Positions 35,870 to 49,168 of a DNA stretch of 64,000 nucleotides are shown here, in pieces (positions within the stretch are counted from its first letter, which is position 1; each line of letters begins with the position of its first letter). Made by a program: the position numbers and the translations under genes. The stretch is from Macrostomum lignano (lineage: Eukaryota), in the NCBI GenBank assembly GCA_002269645.1, contig NIVC01000037.1:1178001-1242000 (forward strand), written 5' to 3'. The notes beneath the pieces are model-generated. The model did not search any database, was not told the origin of the DNA, and saw only the letters and a program-made list of their open reading frames with translations.

Positions 35870-36815
35870 AAAGGTGAGATGCAGGGAGGAATGAAGCTGA
35901 GATGCAGGGAGGAATGAAGCTGAGATGCAGGGAGGAATGAAGCTGAGATGCAGGGAGGAATGAAGCTGAGATGCAGGGAGGAATGAAGCTGAGATGCAGG
36001 GAGGAATGAAGCTGAGATGCAGGGAGGAATGAAGCTGAGATGCAGGGAGGAATGAAGCTGAGATGCAGGGAGGAATGAAGATGAGATGCAGGGCCGGAAT
36101 AAAGGGTGAGATACAGAGAGGAATAAAGGTGAGATGCAGGGAGGAATGAAGCTGAGATGCAGGGAGGAATGAAGCTGAGATGCAGGGAGGAAAAAGCTGA
36201 GATGCAGGGAGGAATGAAGCTGAGATGCAGGGAGGAATGAAGCTGAGATGCAGGGAGGAATGAAGCTGAGATGCAGGGAGGAATGAAGCTGAGATGCAGG
36301 GAGGAATGAAGCTGAGATGCAGGGAGGAATGAAGCTGAGATGCAGGGCCGGAATAAAGGGTGAGATACAGAGAGGAATAAAGGTGAGATGCAGGGAGGAA
36401 TGAAGCTGAGATGCAGGGAGGAATGAAGCTGAGATGCAGGGAGGAAAAAGCTGAGATGCAGGGAGGAATGAAGCTGAGATGCAGGGAGGAATGAAGCTGA
36501 GATGCAGGGAGGAATGAAGCTGAGATGCAGGGAGGAATGAAGCTGAGATGCAGGGAGGAATGAAGCTGAGATGCAGGGAGGAATGAAGCTGAGATGCAGG
36601 GAGGAATGAAGCTGAGATGCAGGGAGGAATGAAGCTGAGATGCAGGGCCGGAATAAAGGGTGAGATACAGAGAGGAATAAAGGTGAGATGCAGGGAGGAA
36701 TAAAGCTGAGATGCAGGGAGGAATGAAGCTGAGATGCAGGGAGGAAAAAGCTGAGATGCAGGGAGGAATGAAGCTGAGATGCAGGGAGGAATGAAGCTGA
36801 GATGCAGGGAGGAAA
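35870..36815. repeat. 23-bp minisatellite (gctgagatgcagggaggaatgaa)
   Basis: Tandem copies with periodic variants. Confidence 0.96.
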
Positions 36816-37060
36816 AAGGGTGAAAGAGTATTTTGAGCTGACTGACACGATAGAATGAAATTGCAAAAGCTTCTATTCGAATATTTCTAACAGGTCAGTA
36901 AGTGCAAATTTAGCACCACACGTGTCATCTAATGCTGCTGCCTTCGCTTCGCAACAAGAGGGGAAGATACGTGTATACATTAACTCTTGTTAACTGAATA
37001 CAAGTATCTGCTGCACCATTCCTCACCACGTACTGCGATCCTCCTTCCAGCCCAACTCAC

Positions 37061-37103
37061 CATATTGTAGCCGAAAGGCACCAGTTCTGCTAGCGACGGG
37101 CCT
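37061..37103 (-). CDS. PDE8: PDE8 43-nt REC exon (GPSLAELVPFGYNM)
   Basis: ccgcag| and |gtgagt; phase 2 to phase 0 bridge; aligns to SVLPLLHAGFNR. Confidence 0.8.
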
Positions 37104-37299
37104 CTGCGGAAATCAATTCGTAGAAAAATTAAGCGTCAAAAATGACATTATCTACGAGGTGTAGAAAAAACCCGGAAAGTGGAAATCCAATAGGCATCTA
37201 TCGCGAATTTGTTGTAGTAGGCTTCTTACTGTTGAGTCATATACAGTTAGTTCGAGTCCTAAACTGTTTGCGTCATTGATAGTTTATGTCATACGTATT

Positions 37300-37645
37300 T
37301 TGAGTCACAGACAGTTTGATTCATAGACAGTTTGAGTCATAGACAGTTTGAGTCATAGACAGTTTGAGTCATAGACAGTTTGAGTCATAGACTATTTGTG
37401 TCATAGACAGTTTGTGTCATAGACAGTTTGTGTCATAGACAGTTTGTGTCATAGACAGTTTGTGTCATAGACAGTTTGTGTCATAGACAGTTTGTGTCAT
37501 AGACAGTTTGTGTCATAGACATTTTGTGTCATAGACAGTTTGTGTCATAGACATTTTGTGTCATAGACAGGTTGTGTCATAGACAGTTTGTGTCATAGAA
37601 AGTTTGTGTCATAGACAGTTTGTGTCATAGACAGTTTCTGTCATA
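37300..37645. repeat. 16-bp minisatellite (tcatagacagtttgtg)
   Basis: Tandem copies. Confidence 0.95.
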
Positions 37646-37719
37646 GATTGATTAATAAAAAAGTTGAGTTATTTATATATTTCAAATTTTATTAAGTACG
37701 AGCGTACAACTGCACTCAC

Positions 37720-37991
37720 CCAGCTCTGGTCACGGCCAAAAAGCAGGTGAACTCAGACTGGCTCACTGCGCGCATCGATCTGACGAGCTGGTCGCCGATG
37801 CCTTCGCCTTCGCCACCGCCGCTGCCACCGCCTCCTCGACGGTCGATGACGACCAGATCATGCCGGTCTTCGATGTACCTCTCCATGGCCCGCTCAGAGC
37901 TGTGCTCAGCTGAGCAGCTCAGAGCCAACCGCTCCGCCGCCTTCTGGAAGCAGAGGCTCTGTGCGTCCTCTCTGGGGAATATCAGCAGAAT
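37720..37991 (-). CDS. PDE8: PDE8 REC-domain exon (ILLIFPREDAQ...HDLVVIDRR...EFTCFLAVTRA)
   Basis: Resembles PDE8 VLLIFAKEDSQ...HEIIVIDHR. Confidence 0.92.
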
Positions 37992-38047
37992 CTGGCGGAG
38001 ACCACGTGGAGACAAATGGGAGATTAGTTTCAGTGCTGAATAGCTGC

Positions 38048-38365
38048 CCCACTCCTCACTCAGACACCCACCCACTCCTCACTCAGACACCCACCCACTC
38101 CTCACTCAGACACCCACCCACTCCTCACTCAGACACCCACCCACTCCTCACTCAGACACCCACCCACTCCTCACTCAGACACCCATCCCACTCCTCACTC
38201 AGACACCCACCTCACTCCTCACTCAGACACCCACCTCACTCCTCACTCAGACACCCACCCACTCTTCACTCAGACACCCATCCCACTCCTCACTCAGACA
38301 CCCACCTCACTCCTCACTCAGACACCCACCTCACTCCTCACTCAGACACCCACCTCACTCCTCCA
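38048..38365. repeat. 22-23 bp minisatellite (actcctcactcagacacccaccc)
   Basis: Tandem copies. Confidence 0.93.
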
Positions 38366-38809
38366 CTCGTCACCATTTCGCAGATTCAGTTGGGAGGCAG
38401 TCTGCATTAAAAACCCATCACAGTGTCATTGCCAGCTGAGGGCCCGCATTTTTCCATATTTGGCACCTGATGAGCCGCCCCAGCGCAGTTAACTTGTCTT
38501 AGAATATTTATTCAAACGTATAATTTTTCCTCCCTTAGCATGATTAGACCCATCCAATTTTTTTGACAAGAAATAAGCGATAAAGCCCGCATGCTTTCTG
38601 CTGTTTTACCTTTATTATCAAAGCTTTTTTATTCTCAACGCCCGAAAATCAAGAAGGAGAATTGAGCCACTCACCGACATGGCTTCATCCGAGTGAAGGT
38701 CCTGAGGCATTCCGTTGCTGTCAGCCGAGGAGGACTGGGGTGGCTGCAACGGCAAAATTATACCAGACATTTTACGAGTATAAAAGGAATTTTGCTATGC
38801 ATGGTCGAT

Positions 38810-39330
38810 CTAGTATATGCATTGTCGCTAGATCTATATGCATTGTCGCTAGATCTATATGCACTGTCGCTAGATCTATATGCATTGTCGCTAGATCTAT
38901 ATGCATTGTCGCTAGATCTATATGCATTGTCGCTAGATCTATATGCATTGTAGCTAGATCTATATGCATTGTCGCTAGATCTATATGCATTGTCGCTAGA
39001 TCTATATGCATTGTCGCTAGATCTATATGCATTGTCGCTAGATCTATATGCATTGTCGCTAGATCTATATGCATTGTCGCTAGATCTATATGCATTGTCG
39101 CTAGATCTATATGCATTGTCGCTAGATCTATATGCATTGTCGCTAGATCTATATGCATTGTCGCTAGATCTATATGCATTGTCGCTAGATCTATATGCAT
39201 TGTCGCTAGATCTATATGCATTGTCGCTAGATCTATATGCATTGTCACTAGATCTATATGCATTGTCGCTAGATCTATATGCACTGTCACTAGATCTATA
39301 TGCACTGTCGCTATATCTATATGCACTGTC
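38810..39330. repeat. 21-bp minisatellite (gctagatctatatgcattgtc)
   Basis: Tandem copies; unit contains the palindromes tagatcta and atgcat. Confidence 0.96.
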
Positions 39331-39723
39331 GCAATAACTACTGTCGCTAGACTTCTATCTCTGCCGCTTAGCCATGGGGCAAATATTCGTGCCGGAACTC
39401 ATCAGTGGGGACATTAATATTAGTAAATTTCTAATTGATCATTGCAGAACTATGACAATTGCCTTCAGAAGCTTTCTGGCGAATATTTCGTGTCGTGAAG
39501 ATTTTCACAGGAAATTTTCTATCCTTCTTCTTTTTCGCGTGACAACTGCAGCAAGAGCCCTAAGCTCAAGAAAGGTGCGCCTTCAGCCCGGCAACTAATT
39601 AGAGAGAATATCCACTGAAAAATCTGTGTTCCTATGAAGCTGGGGAATTTTTTCGATTAAAAAAATAACCCTAAAAAATCTGAGCTGCCACTTGGGACGC
39701 GGAACAGGATATTTGACTCCCAC

Positions 39724-39843
39724 CTTTTCCGACTTGTCGATCAGGTGGATCTCGGCGGCTGGTGATGATGGAATTTGGCAGCCCAGAATCACAAGATGAA
39801 GAACAGCGAATTGGAGAGGTGCCGGCACAAGCTGTTTAAGAAT
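39724..39843 (-). CDS. PDE8: Probable PDE8 exon ending AAEIHLIDKSEK (acceptor uncertain)
   Basis: Phase-0 donor aag|gtggg joins ILLIF; resembles SAEVRIGP...Q; several possible acceptors (39831, 39843, 39931). Confidence 0.5.
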
Positions 39844-40244
39844 CTGCGCGCGGCTCCCCATCCGACGCAATGTTTGAGCAGTTTGGGAGTGGGAGTGACT
39901 GGGACAGGAGGCTGAGCTGGGAGAATGAGCACTGCAAGGAGATGAAAAACAATGCACTCGGGCGTACTGGGCCTGTTTGTCCAAGCCGGGGGCGGGCTTG
40001 GGACTTCAGCAGTCAAAGCTAGGGGGGGGGGTGGCAGAGAGTGCTCAAGGTCTCATAGGTGCAACCGCAATTGCTGCACCTGACGGCGAGATTAAGACAG
40101 TCTAAAATTCACTCACTGCTCCCAATGTATATACCCCTGAGGACTCGGGGGGGCGGGCGGGGGTGAGGGGAGATGGGAGTATCAATGACAAAGTCATAAA
40201 GTCTCAAGTTTTATTACTTCTCACTTTGTAATTTGCATTCCTGA

Positions 40245-40425
40245 TCCCATTCCTGATTACTGATGATCCCATTCCCATTACTGATGATCCCATTCCCATT
40301 ACTGATGATCCCATTCCTGATCACTGTTAATCCCATTCCTCATTACTGTTAATCCCATTTGTCATTACCGTTAATCCCATTTGTCATTACTGTTAATCCC
40401 ATTCCTGACTACTGATGATCCAATA
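40245..40425. repeat. Short degenerate ~24-bp array (gatcccattcc..attactgat)
   Basis: Several imperfect copies. Confidence 0.75.
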
Positions 40426-40939
40426 AAACAATTAACTGATAAAGCCATAATGCAATTTATAGGTAAAGTAACAAAAAATTAGTTTAATTGACAAGATTAC
40501 AGCTAAAACTATTTTTGGTCTGACTATTTTCTTCCCGCCAATACGAGCGTACCTTAGCAGCGTGACTGTTGTCTTGATTCATTACTTGGCTGGGAAGATC
40601 TCCCGCATTCTCCTCACACCTCGCTTTAGCCATCAATTTTCAATTTCCCCACTCTGTTTTTTAATTTCTGAGGCCTCGCTGGGCTCCCTCTCTTTTTGAA
40701 GCAGCAATTTCCATATTTTAATTGAATTTCTCAGGCGTTCCAAGGTGCCGGAATCGCTCTATCTCCAAAGGCCCGCTTTAATTCTGAGTCCATTATAACT
40801 CAAAGTCAGCAATAGAAATGTTGCTTTGGAAATTTTGTTAGCTGGTTATAAAGGCTGATGGTCGAGGTAATATTTCTAATTCGGCTGAACAGCGGGAGTT
40901 TGGGAATAGAAATAATAATAATAAACTACTTGACTCTAA

Positions 40940-41960
40940 GACTGCCGGATCTATGACCCTGCGGAGGACAGACTGCCAGATCTATGACCCTGCGGAGGAC
41001 AGACTGCCAGATCTATGACCCTGCGGAGGACAGACTGCCAGATCTATGACCCTGCGGAGGACAGACTGCCAGATCTATGACCCTGCGGAGGACAGACTGC
41101 CAGATCTATGACCCTGCAGAGGACAGACTGCAAGATCTATGACCCTGCTGAGGACAGACTGCCAGATCTATGACCCTGCGGAGGACAGACTGCCGGACTT
41201 ATGACCCTGCTGAGGACAGACTGCCGGACTTATGACCCTGCGGAGGACAGACTGCCAGATCTATGACCCTGCTGAGGACAGACTGCCAGATCTATGACCC
41301 TGCGGAGGACAGACTGCCGGACTTATGACCCTGCTGAGGACAGACTGCCGGACTTATGACCCTGCGGAGGACAGACTGCCAGATCTATGACCCTGCGGAG
41401 GACAGACTGCCAGATCTATGACCCTGCTGAGGACAGACTGCCGGATTTATGACCCTGCAGAGGACAGACTTCGAGAACAATGACCCTCCAGAAGACTGAA
41501 TTCCAGATCTATATGACTCTCCGGAGGACTGATGTATGACCCTCAAGAGAACAGACTTCCAGATCTATATGACTCTCCAGATGACAGATGTATGATCCTC
41601 AAGAGAACAGACTTCCAGATCTATATGACTCTCCAGATGACAGATGTATGACCCTCAAGAGAACAGACTTCCAGATCTATATGACTCTCCAGATGACAGA
41701 TGTATGACCCTCAAGTGAACAGAATTCCAGATCTATATGACTCTCCAGATGACAGACGTATGACCCTCAAGTGAACAGAATTCCAGATCTATATGACTCT
41801 CCAGATGACAGACGTATGACCCTCAAGTGAACAGAATTCCAGATCTATATGACTCTCCAGATGACAGACGTATGACCCTCAAGTGAACAGAATTCCAGAT
41901 CTATATGACTCTCCAGATGACAGACGTATGACTCTCAAGAGAACAGACTTCCAGATCTAA
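40940..41960. repeat. 31-bp array (40940-41470) grading into a related 56-bp dimeric array (41500-41960)
   Basis: agatctatgaccctgcggaggacagactgcc has period 31; agatctatat... then recurs at 41561, 41617 and onward with period 56. Confidence 0.93.
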
Positions 41961-42197
41961 TTCAAGGCCACAGGAGGTGCGTCAAATTATACACAGGTCA
42001 ATTGAATCAAGTTGTACTTCTCGTGGAATTTCCCGCTAGCGAATTTAAGACAGCTGAACTGGAGTGAAGTACAAAAGTTGGACAGCAATGCTGCAAAGTT
42101 TTGTATTCAGTCGGTCCTGCCTGAATTGTTGATAGAAAGAGAGACAGGTTTCGTATATGGAATCAGCATATGGAAAACAGCCGCACCGGCAGTCTAC

Positions 42198-42379
42198 CGT
42201 GACCCATGACAAGCTGTCCTGGGCTCTCGGGTACGACTTCGATTCCACACACCCACTTCTCTCCTCTCCCTGCCTTCTCCGGCTATTCATGACGAGGGTT
42301 GACGATCCACTTTTAATTTGGCCTAGGTATGAATTAATTAATTCGTTGCTGATATTCTTTTCTCGGGGGGTTGCCGTGT
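42198..42379 (-). CDS. Candidate exon, unassigned (DTATPREKNISNELINSY...SWVT)
   Basis: aacgaag| and |gtagac sites; open frame; phase joins the 43113-43273 candidate; no recognised homology. Confidence 0.35.
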
Positions 42380-42419
42380 CTTCGTTGAGAGAGAGGCACA
42401 GATAGAGAGGGAAAGAAGA

Positions 42420-42950
42420 GGGAGAGAAGAGGTGGAGAGACAGAGTGGAGAGAAAGAGGGGAGAGAAAGAGTGGAGAGACAGAGTGGAGAGAAAGAGTGG
42501 AGAGACAGAGTGGAGAGACAGAGTGGAGAGAAAGAGTGGAGAGACAGAGTGGAGAGACAGAGTGGAGAGACAGAGTGGAGAGACAGAGTGGAGAAACAGA
42601 GTGGAGAGAAAGAGTAGAGAGACAGAGTGGAGAGACAGAGTGGAGAGAAAGAGTGGAGAGACAGAGTGGAGAGAAAGAGTGGAGAGAAAGAGTGGAGAGA
42701 AAGAGTGGAGAGAAAGAGTGGAGAGACAGAGTGGAGAGAAAGAGTGGAGAGAAAGAGTGGAGAGACAGAGTGGAGAGAAAGAGTGGAGAGACAGAGTGGA
42801 GAGACAGAGTGGAGAGACAGAGTGGAGAGACAGAGTGGAGAGACAGAGTGGAGAGAAAGAGTGGAGAGAAAGAGTGGAGAGAAAGAGTGGAGAGAAAGAG
42901 TGGAGAGAAAGAGTGGAGAGAAAGAGTGGAGAGAAAGAGTGGAGAGAAAG
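42420..42950. repeat. 13-bp GA-rich array (gtggagagacaga/gtggagagaaaga)
   Basis: Tandem copies. Confidence 0.95.
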
Positions 42951-43112
42951 AGGAAAGAGAAAGATGGGGGAGAAAGAGAGAAAAGGTGGAATAAAAGGAG
43001 AGAAGAGGAAGGAAAAAGTAACCAAAAGCAGACCATTTGCACAGATTGAAAGTGAACTACATGCTGTTTAAAAATTGCTGCAAGCAGCCAGTCTCGCGGT
43101 GGCTAGACTTAC

Positions 43113-43273
43113 CTGAATAAGTCGCCTCTGCTTTTGCTGCCGAGGCTTCGATCTCTTGCAGCCTCCTGCTCTCCTGCGCTTTCCCATCCTTGACAGCTGC
43201 TTCCCTCTCTGTCACTTTCTCTCCTGAACCTGCTTCGTCTTTCTTCTTTATACCCGTGCCTGCCTGTCCTTGC
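43113..43273 (-). CDS. Candidate exon, unassigned, charged (QGQAGTGIKKKDEAG...AEATYS)
   Basis: cgagcag| and strong donor cag|gtaagt; open frame. Confidence 0.4.
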
Positions 43274-43724
43274 CTGCTCGAAAAAAACACTGATAGAGGG
43301 CACCAGGGCCTTTGGGAAGTAAGTTTAGGAAGAGGATAGACCTAGCGCGAGCGCTTTGTAATCAAGCTGATACCCCGGCCTCCTCCCCTCTTCCCGAGTT
43401 CCCGGGTTGCGCCCAGGTGCCTGGCCTGTGTGCGTGCGTCAGCTTTCTCTGTCATTCGTTCCTCGCCGTCTGCTTCTCACTACTGCAGACTGCTATCAGC
43501 TGTCAGTCAAAGCAGGCTGCAAGTTTGCGGCTGTCGGGCGACGCTGCAGCCGGCCTCTAAACGACGTCTTATTGGCCCCCGAAAAAAAAGTGACGCTTGC
43601 GTCACTGTGTACAAGAAACTGCTTTTCACTCTCATTACCCTATGATTGTGTTTACGATTGCGTTTAAACCTAAACCTTAATCTCAATGGGAATAGCTTGG
43701 GAACAAGGACTAAACATGGACTGT

Positions 43725-44550
43725 GTGAAGCTTCTGGATGGGGATTGTGAAGCTTCTGGATGGGGATTGTGAAGCTTCTGGATGGGGATTGTGAAGCTTC
43801 TGGATGGGGATTGTGAAGCTTCTGGATGGGGATTGTGAAGCTTCTGGGTGTGGATTGTGAAAATTCTGGATGGGGATTGTGAAGCTTCTGGATGGGGATT
43901 GTGAAGCTTCTGGGTGGGGATTGTGAAGCTTCTGGATGGGGATTGTGAAGCTTCTGGGTGGGGATTGTGAAAATTCTGGATGGGGATTGTGAAAATTCTG
44001 GGTGGGGATTGTGAAGCTTCTGGATGGGGATTGTGAAAATTCTGGATGGGGATTGTGAAGCTTCTGGATGGGGATTGTGAAGCTTCTGGGTGGGGATTGT
44101 GAAAATTCTGGATGGGGATTGTGAAGCTTCTGGATGGGGATTGTGAAGCTTCTGGGTGGGGATTGTGAAAATTCTGGATGGGGATTGTGAAAATTCTGGA
44201 TGGGGATTGTGAAGCTTCTGGATGGGGATTGTGAAGCTTCTGGGTGGGGATTGTGAAAATTCTGGGTGTGGATTGTGAAAATTCTGGGTGTGGATTGTGA
44301 AAATTCTGGGTGTGGATTGTGAAAATTCTGGATGGGGATTGTGAAGCTTCTGGATGGGGATTGTGAAGCTTCTGGGTGGGGATTGTGAAAATTCTGGATG
44401 GGGATTGTGAAGCTTCTGGATGGGGATTGTGAAGCTTCTCGGTGGGGATTGTGAAAATTCTGGATGGGGATTGTGAAGCTTCTGGGTGGGGATTGTGAAG
44501 CTTCTGGATGGGGATTGTGTAGTTTGGGGGTGGGGATTGTGTAAGTTTGG
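43725..44550. repeat. 22-bp minisatellite (ggattgtgaagcttctggatgg)
   Basis: Tandem copies. Confidence 0.96.
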
Positions 44551-44867
44551 AGATGGGGATCGTTCCATCCCTATGGGTATGGGGATGGAAAGTTAAAATT
44601 TCTATGAAGTTTCCGTGATTGGGTGGGCCTGGTTACAACGAGATTCGCTTGAATCTTGGAAAATCATCTCTTCATCCAGGGCGACGGGACGCCAAATCGT
44701 GTGCCCCACCCTGTTGGTCGTTAGTGCCATCCTATTTAATTATCCTTTACATGAGGTCTCTTCAGGCTTTTGCCCAGCCTACGTCACGTTTTTATTCTTC
44801 AGCGACCAGGGCTGTGACGAATTGCAATCGGCGATTTTTGAGGGCATTATCTGACCTAAAGTCTGAC

Positions 44868-45900
44868 CACTCTCCCACAGCTTACCCCACTCTCCCACAG
44901 CTTACCCCACTCTCCCACAGCTTACCCCACTCTCCCACAGCTTACCCCACTCTCCCATAGCTTACCCCACTCTCCCATAGCTTACCCCACTCTCCCATAG
45001 CTTACCCCACTCTCCCACAGCTTACCCCACTCTCCCACAGCTTACCCCACTCTCCCATAGCTTACCCCACTCTCCCACAGCTTACCCCACTCTCCCATAG
45101 CTTACCCCACTCTCCCACAGCTTACCCCACTCTCCCACAGCTTACTCCACTCTCCCATAGCTTACCCCACTCTCCCACAGCTTACCCCACTCTCCCATAG
45201 CTTACCCCACTCTCCCACAGCTTACCCCACTCTCCCACAGCTTACCCCACTCTCCCATAGCTTACCCCACTCTCCCACAGCTTACCCCACTCTCCCACAG
45301 CTTACCCCACTCTCCCATAGCTTACCCCACTCTCCCATAGCTTACCCCACTCTCCCACAGCTTACCCCACTCTCCCATAGTTTACCACACTCTCCCATAG
45401 CTTACCCCACTCTCCCATAGCTTACCCCACTCTCCCATAGCTTACACCACTCTCCCATATCTTACCCCACTCTCCCACAGCTTACCCCACTCTCCCACAG
45501 CTTACCCCACTCTCCCACAGCTTACCCCACTCTCCCACAGCTTACCCCACTCTCCCACAGCTTACCCCACTCTCCCACAGCTTACCCCACTCTCCCACAG
45601 CTTACCTCACTCTCCCACAGCTTACTCCACTCTCCCACAGCTTACCCCACTCTCCCACAGCTTACCCCACTCTCCCATAGCTTACCCCACTCTCCCATAG
45701 CTTACCCCACTCTCCCATAGCTTACCCCACTCTCCCACAGCTTACCCCACTCTCCCACAGCTTACTCCACTCTCCCACAGCTTACCCCACTCTCCCACAG
45801 CTTACCCCACTCTCCCACAGCTTACCACACTCCCCCACTCTCCCAACGCTTAGCCTTATCCCACTCTCTCAACGCTTACCCCCACTCTCCCACCGCTTAC
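44868..45900. repeat. 20-bp minisatellite (cttaccccactctcccacag)
   Basis: About 50 copies. Confidence 0.97.
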
Positions 45901-46015
45901 CCCTACTCGAATTTGGACAGGCATTGCATTCTCTAATTCTCTCTGATTACTATTTATTTGCATCAAACGAATTTCCTTTAACTTACGCTTGTAAACACTT
46001 CGAGCTGTCACTCAC

Positions 46016-46171
46016 CTTGGCTTCATTAGTCAGGCCATCAACAGCCGCCGCAGTCTCCCCAGCAGCAGCAGCTCCAGCAGCCACTCGAAATCCGTTTCTT
46101 CCTGCAGCGGGTTTCCCAGTCGAAGCCTCTCTGTCCCGAACGCCGCCCTCTCTGCTGCTATGGCAACCCAT
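46016..46171 (-). CDS. PDE8: Probable PDE8 first coding exon (MGCHSSREGG...TNEAK)
   Basis: MGC start as in PDE8 MGCAPS (acylation-type motif); strong donor aag|gtgagt. Confidence 0.65.
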
Positions 46172-46379
46172 GGCCGGCTTGTTGACAGCTATAGAAGCTC
46201 AAATTGCAAATCAATGCAGATCTCCCGTCTCAGCTGATCGACCTCACGGAGCAGCTGAAATTAACGGTAAATCAGCCAGGCGTGCTAATTAATTAATCCG
46301 ACCCAGTCAGCACAGGTGAATTGTGTGTCGTTGGTCAAGCTTATAGTAAAGGATTAATGACATCTCGTGAGGAATTTTT

Positions 46380-46920
46380 GGGGCAGGACACTTCGACTGA
46401 GGGGCAGGACACTGCGGTTGAGGGGTAGGACACTTCGACTGAGGGGTAGGACACTTAGACTGAGGGGTAGGACACTTCGACTGAGGGGTAGGACACTTCG
46501 ACTGAGGGGTAGGACACTACGGTTGAGGGGTAGGACACTTCGACTGAGGGGTAGGACACTTCGATTGACGGGTAGGACACTTCGGTTGAGGAGTAGGACA
46601 CTACGGTTGAGGGGTAGGACACTACGATTGAGGGGTAGGACACTGCGGTTGAGGGGTTAGGACACTTCGGCTGAGAATAGGACACTTCGACTGAGGGGTA
46701 GGACACTACGGTTGAGGGGTAGGACACTACGGTTGAGGGGTAGGACACTGCGGTTGAGGGGTTAGGACACTTCGGCTGAGAATAGGACACTTCGACTGAG
46801 GGGTAGGACACTTCGACTGAGGGGTAGGACACATCGACTGAGGGGTAGGACACTTCGACTGAGGGGTGGGACACTTCGACTGAGGGGTAGGACACTTCGA
46901 CTGAGGGGTAGGACACTTCA
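46380..46920. repeat. 21-bp minisatellite (ggtaggacacttcgactgagg)
   Basis: Tandem copies. Confidence 0.95.
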
Positions 46921-47349
46921 GAATTAACTAACTGATATACATCAAGAGACTCTGCGCTATGTGAAATGCACTCAGACTTTCTCTCTGAACTTTTGCGCAA
47001 ATTATGTATGGAACTATTTGACCAAAAATTTTCTTCTTTAGTGGCGGGGGGTACTCGTAAAACTTGGCAGATTCGCATTCCAACTGAGCGGGCTGGGGTG
47101 AAGGTCGTTTAACAGTTAGTGGCTTTTTTGAGGTTTTAGGCCCGACCTCGTCAGGCTCCTTCCTTGTACTGCGCACTAGAAGTTGATTTCCGCAGTGAAA
47201 TTATATCAAAGCCTTGGAAATTCGCGCTGGGAGCTGGGCTGCTTAAGGACGACCTCTTCTGGTCACAGCTTTGAAGCTAATTTAGCATAGATGGGCACAG
47301 GGCTGATTTTGTAAACAGTGAGTTGTTTTAGCTAAATAGCGATCTTGGA

Positions 47350-47882
47350 CCTAGATTAGCAATCCATTCTATTCCTGCATCCATGATGTAGGCTAGATTA
47401 GCAATCCATTCTATTCCTGCATCCATGATGTAGGCTAGATTAGCAATCCATTCTATTCCTGCATCCTTGAAGTAGGCTAGATTAGCAATCCATTCTATTC
47501 CTTCATCTATGATGTAGGCTAGATTAGCAATCCATTCTATTCCTTCATCTCGTGATGTAGGCTAGATTAGCAATCCATTCTATTCCTGCATCCATGATGT
47601 AGGCTAGATTAGCAATCCATTCTATTCCTGCATCCATGATATGTAGGCTAGATTAGCAATCCATTCTATTCCTGCATCCATGATGTAGGCTAGATTAGCA
47701 ATCCATTCTATTCCTTCATCCATGATGCAGGATAGATTAGCAATCCATTCTATTCCTGCATCCATGATGTAGGCTAGATTAGCAATCCATTCTATTCCTG
47801 CATCCATGATGTAGGCTAGATTAGCAATCCATTCTGTTCCTGCATCCATGATGTAGGCTAGATTAGCAATCCATTCTATTCC
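47350..47882 (-). repeat. Second copy of the 42-bp minisatellite, inverted relative to 13783-15953
   Basis: gtaggctagattagcaatccattctattcctgcatccatgat is the reverse complement of the 42-bp unit; about 12 copies. Confidence 0.97.
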
Positions 47883-48254
47883 TTATAGAACCAGTCGGCC
47901 TCCTTACTCACCAGTTGCCGGCATCGCAGATATACAGTGTACAGTCGGATATGTTTAGAATTGCTGCAGAAGAGGAGGCAATAGCGCGCTTGGCCCAGAT
48001 GAAAAAATGGTTCTGGTCAGTCTGCCAGTCTGGCACCACTCGCCCACACCCTTGCCCTCTTCGCTGTCTTGGATTCCAGCTTGGCTTTTTCCAAGAATCG
48101 ACCTCAATAAGCGACCCAAGCTTTATTGGTCGGCTGGCCGCCACCAGTCAAATGGGAGCAGAGCAGAGCACAGCAGAGCAGAGCAGAGAAGAGATAGAAA
48201 GCAGAGATTTCTAGCTAGCTTGACTATGAAATGTTTTTCGCTTCGCCACTCAAC

Positions 48255-48471
48255 CTGGGATTCGTCCACGCTCGATTTCCACTATGTCGATGCCTTTCTG
48301 CTGCTCAAGGACTTCTAGATTAGAAATATCTGGATTAGAAACCAGAAAATGGGGTGAACCAAATATTTCCAGATTTATTTTACGCTCGTAGTTAAGCAAG
48401 TTAAGCAAAGTGGTAGCGGTTAGTTTCGTAGGGATAATTTTGGGGTCAATGTAAGGATCCATATGGGATAT
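48255..48471 (-). CDS. Candidate exon, unassigned (ISHMDPYIDPKIIPTKL...EIERGRIP)
   Basis: 72 open non-repetitive codons between ggagcag| and cag|gttgag; no recognised homology. Confidence 0.4.
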
Positions 48472-48476
48472 CTGCT

Positions 48477-49168
48477 CCACAACCATAGACACAATCTGCC
48501 ATTGTTTGACTCCACAACCATAGACACAATCTGCCATTGTTTGACTCCACAACCATAGACACAATCTGCCATTGTTTGACTCCACAACCATAGACACAAT
48601 CTGCCATTGTTTGACTCCACAACCATAGACACAATCTGCCATTGTTTGACTCCACAACCATAGACACAATCTGCCATTGTTTGACTCCACAACCATAGAC
48701 ACAATCTGCCATTGTTTGACTCCACAACCATAGACACAATCTGCCATTGTTTGACTCCACAACCATAGACACAATCTGCCATTGTTTGACTCCACAACCA
48801 TAGACACAATCTGCCATTGTTTGACTCCACAACCATAGACACAATCTGCCATTGTTTGACTCCACAACCATAGACACAATCTGCCATTGTTTGACTCCAC
48901 AACCATAGACACAATCTGCCATTGTTTGACTCCACAACCATAGACACAATCTGCCATTGTTTGACTCCACAGCCATAGACACAATCTGCCATTGTTTGAC
49001 TCCACAACCATAGACACAATCTGCCATTGTTTGACTCCACAACCATAGACACAATCTGCCATTGTTTGACTCCACAACCATAGACACAATCTGCCATTGT
49101 TTGACTCCACAACCATAGACACAATCTGCCATTGTTTGACTCCACAACCATAGACACAATCTGCCATT
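48477..49168. repeat. 35-bp minisatellite (ccatagacacaatctgccattgtttgactccacaa)
   Basis: About 20 near-identical copies. Confidence 0.97.
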
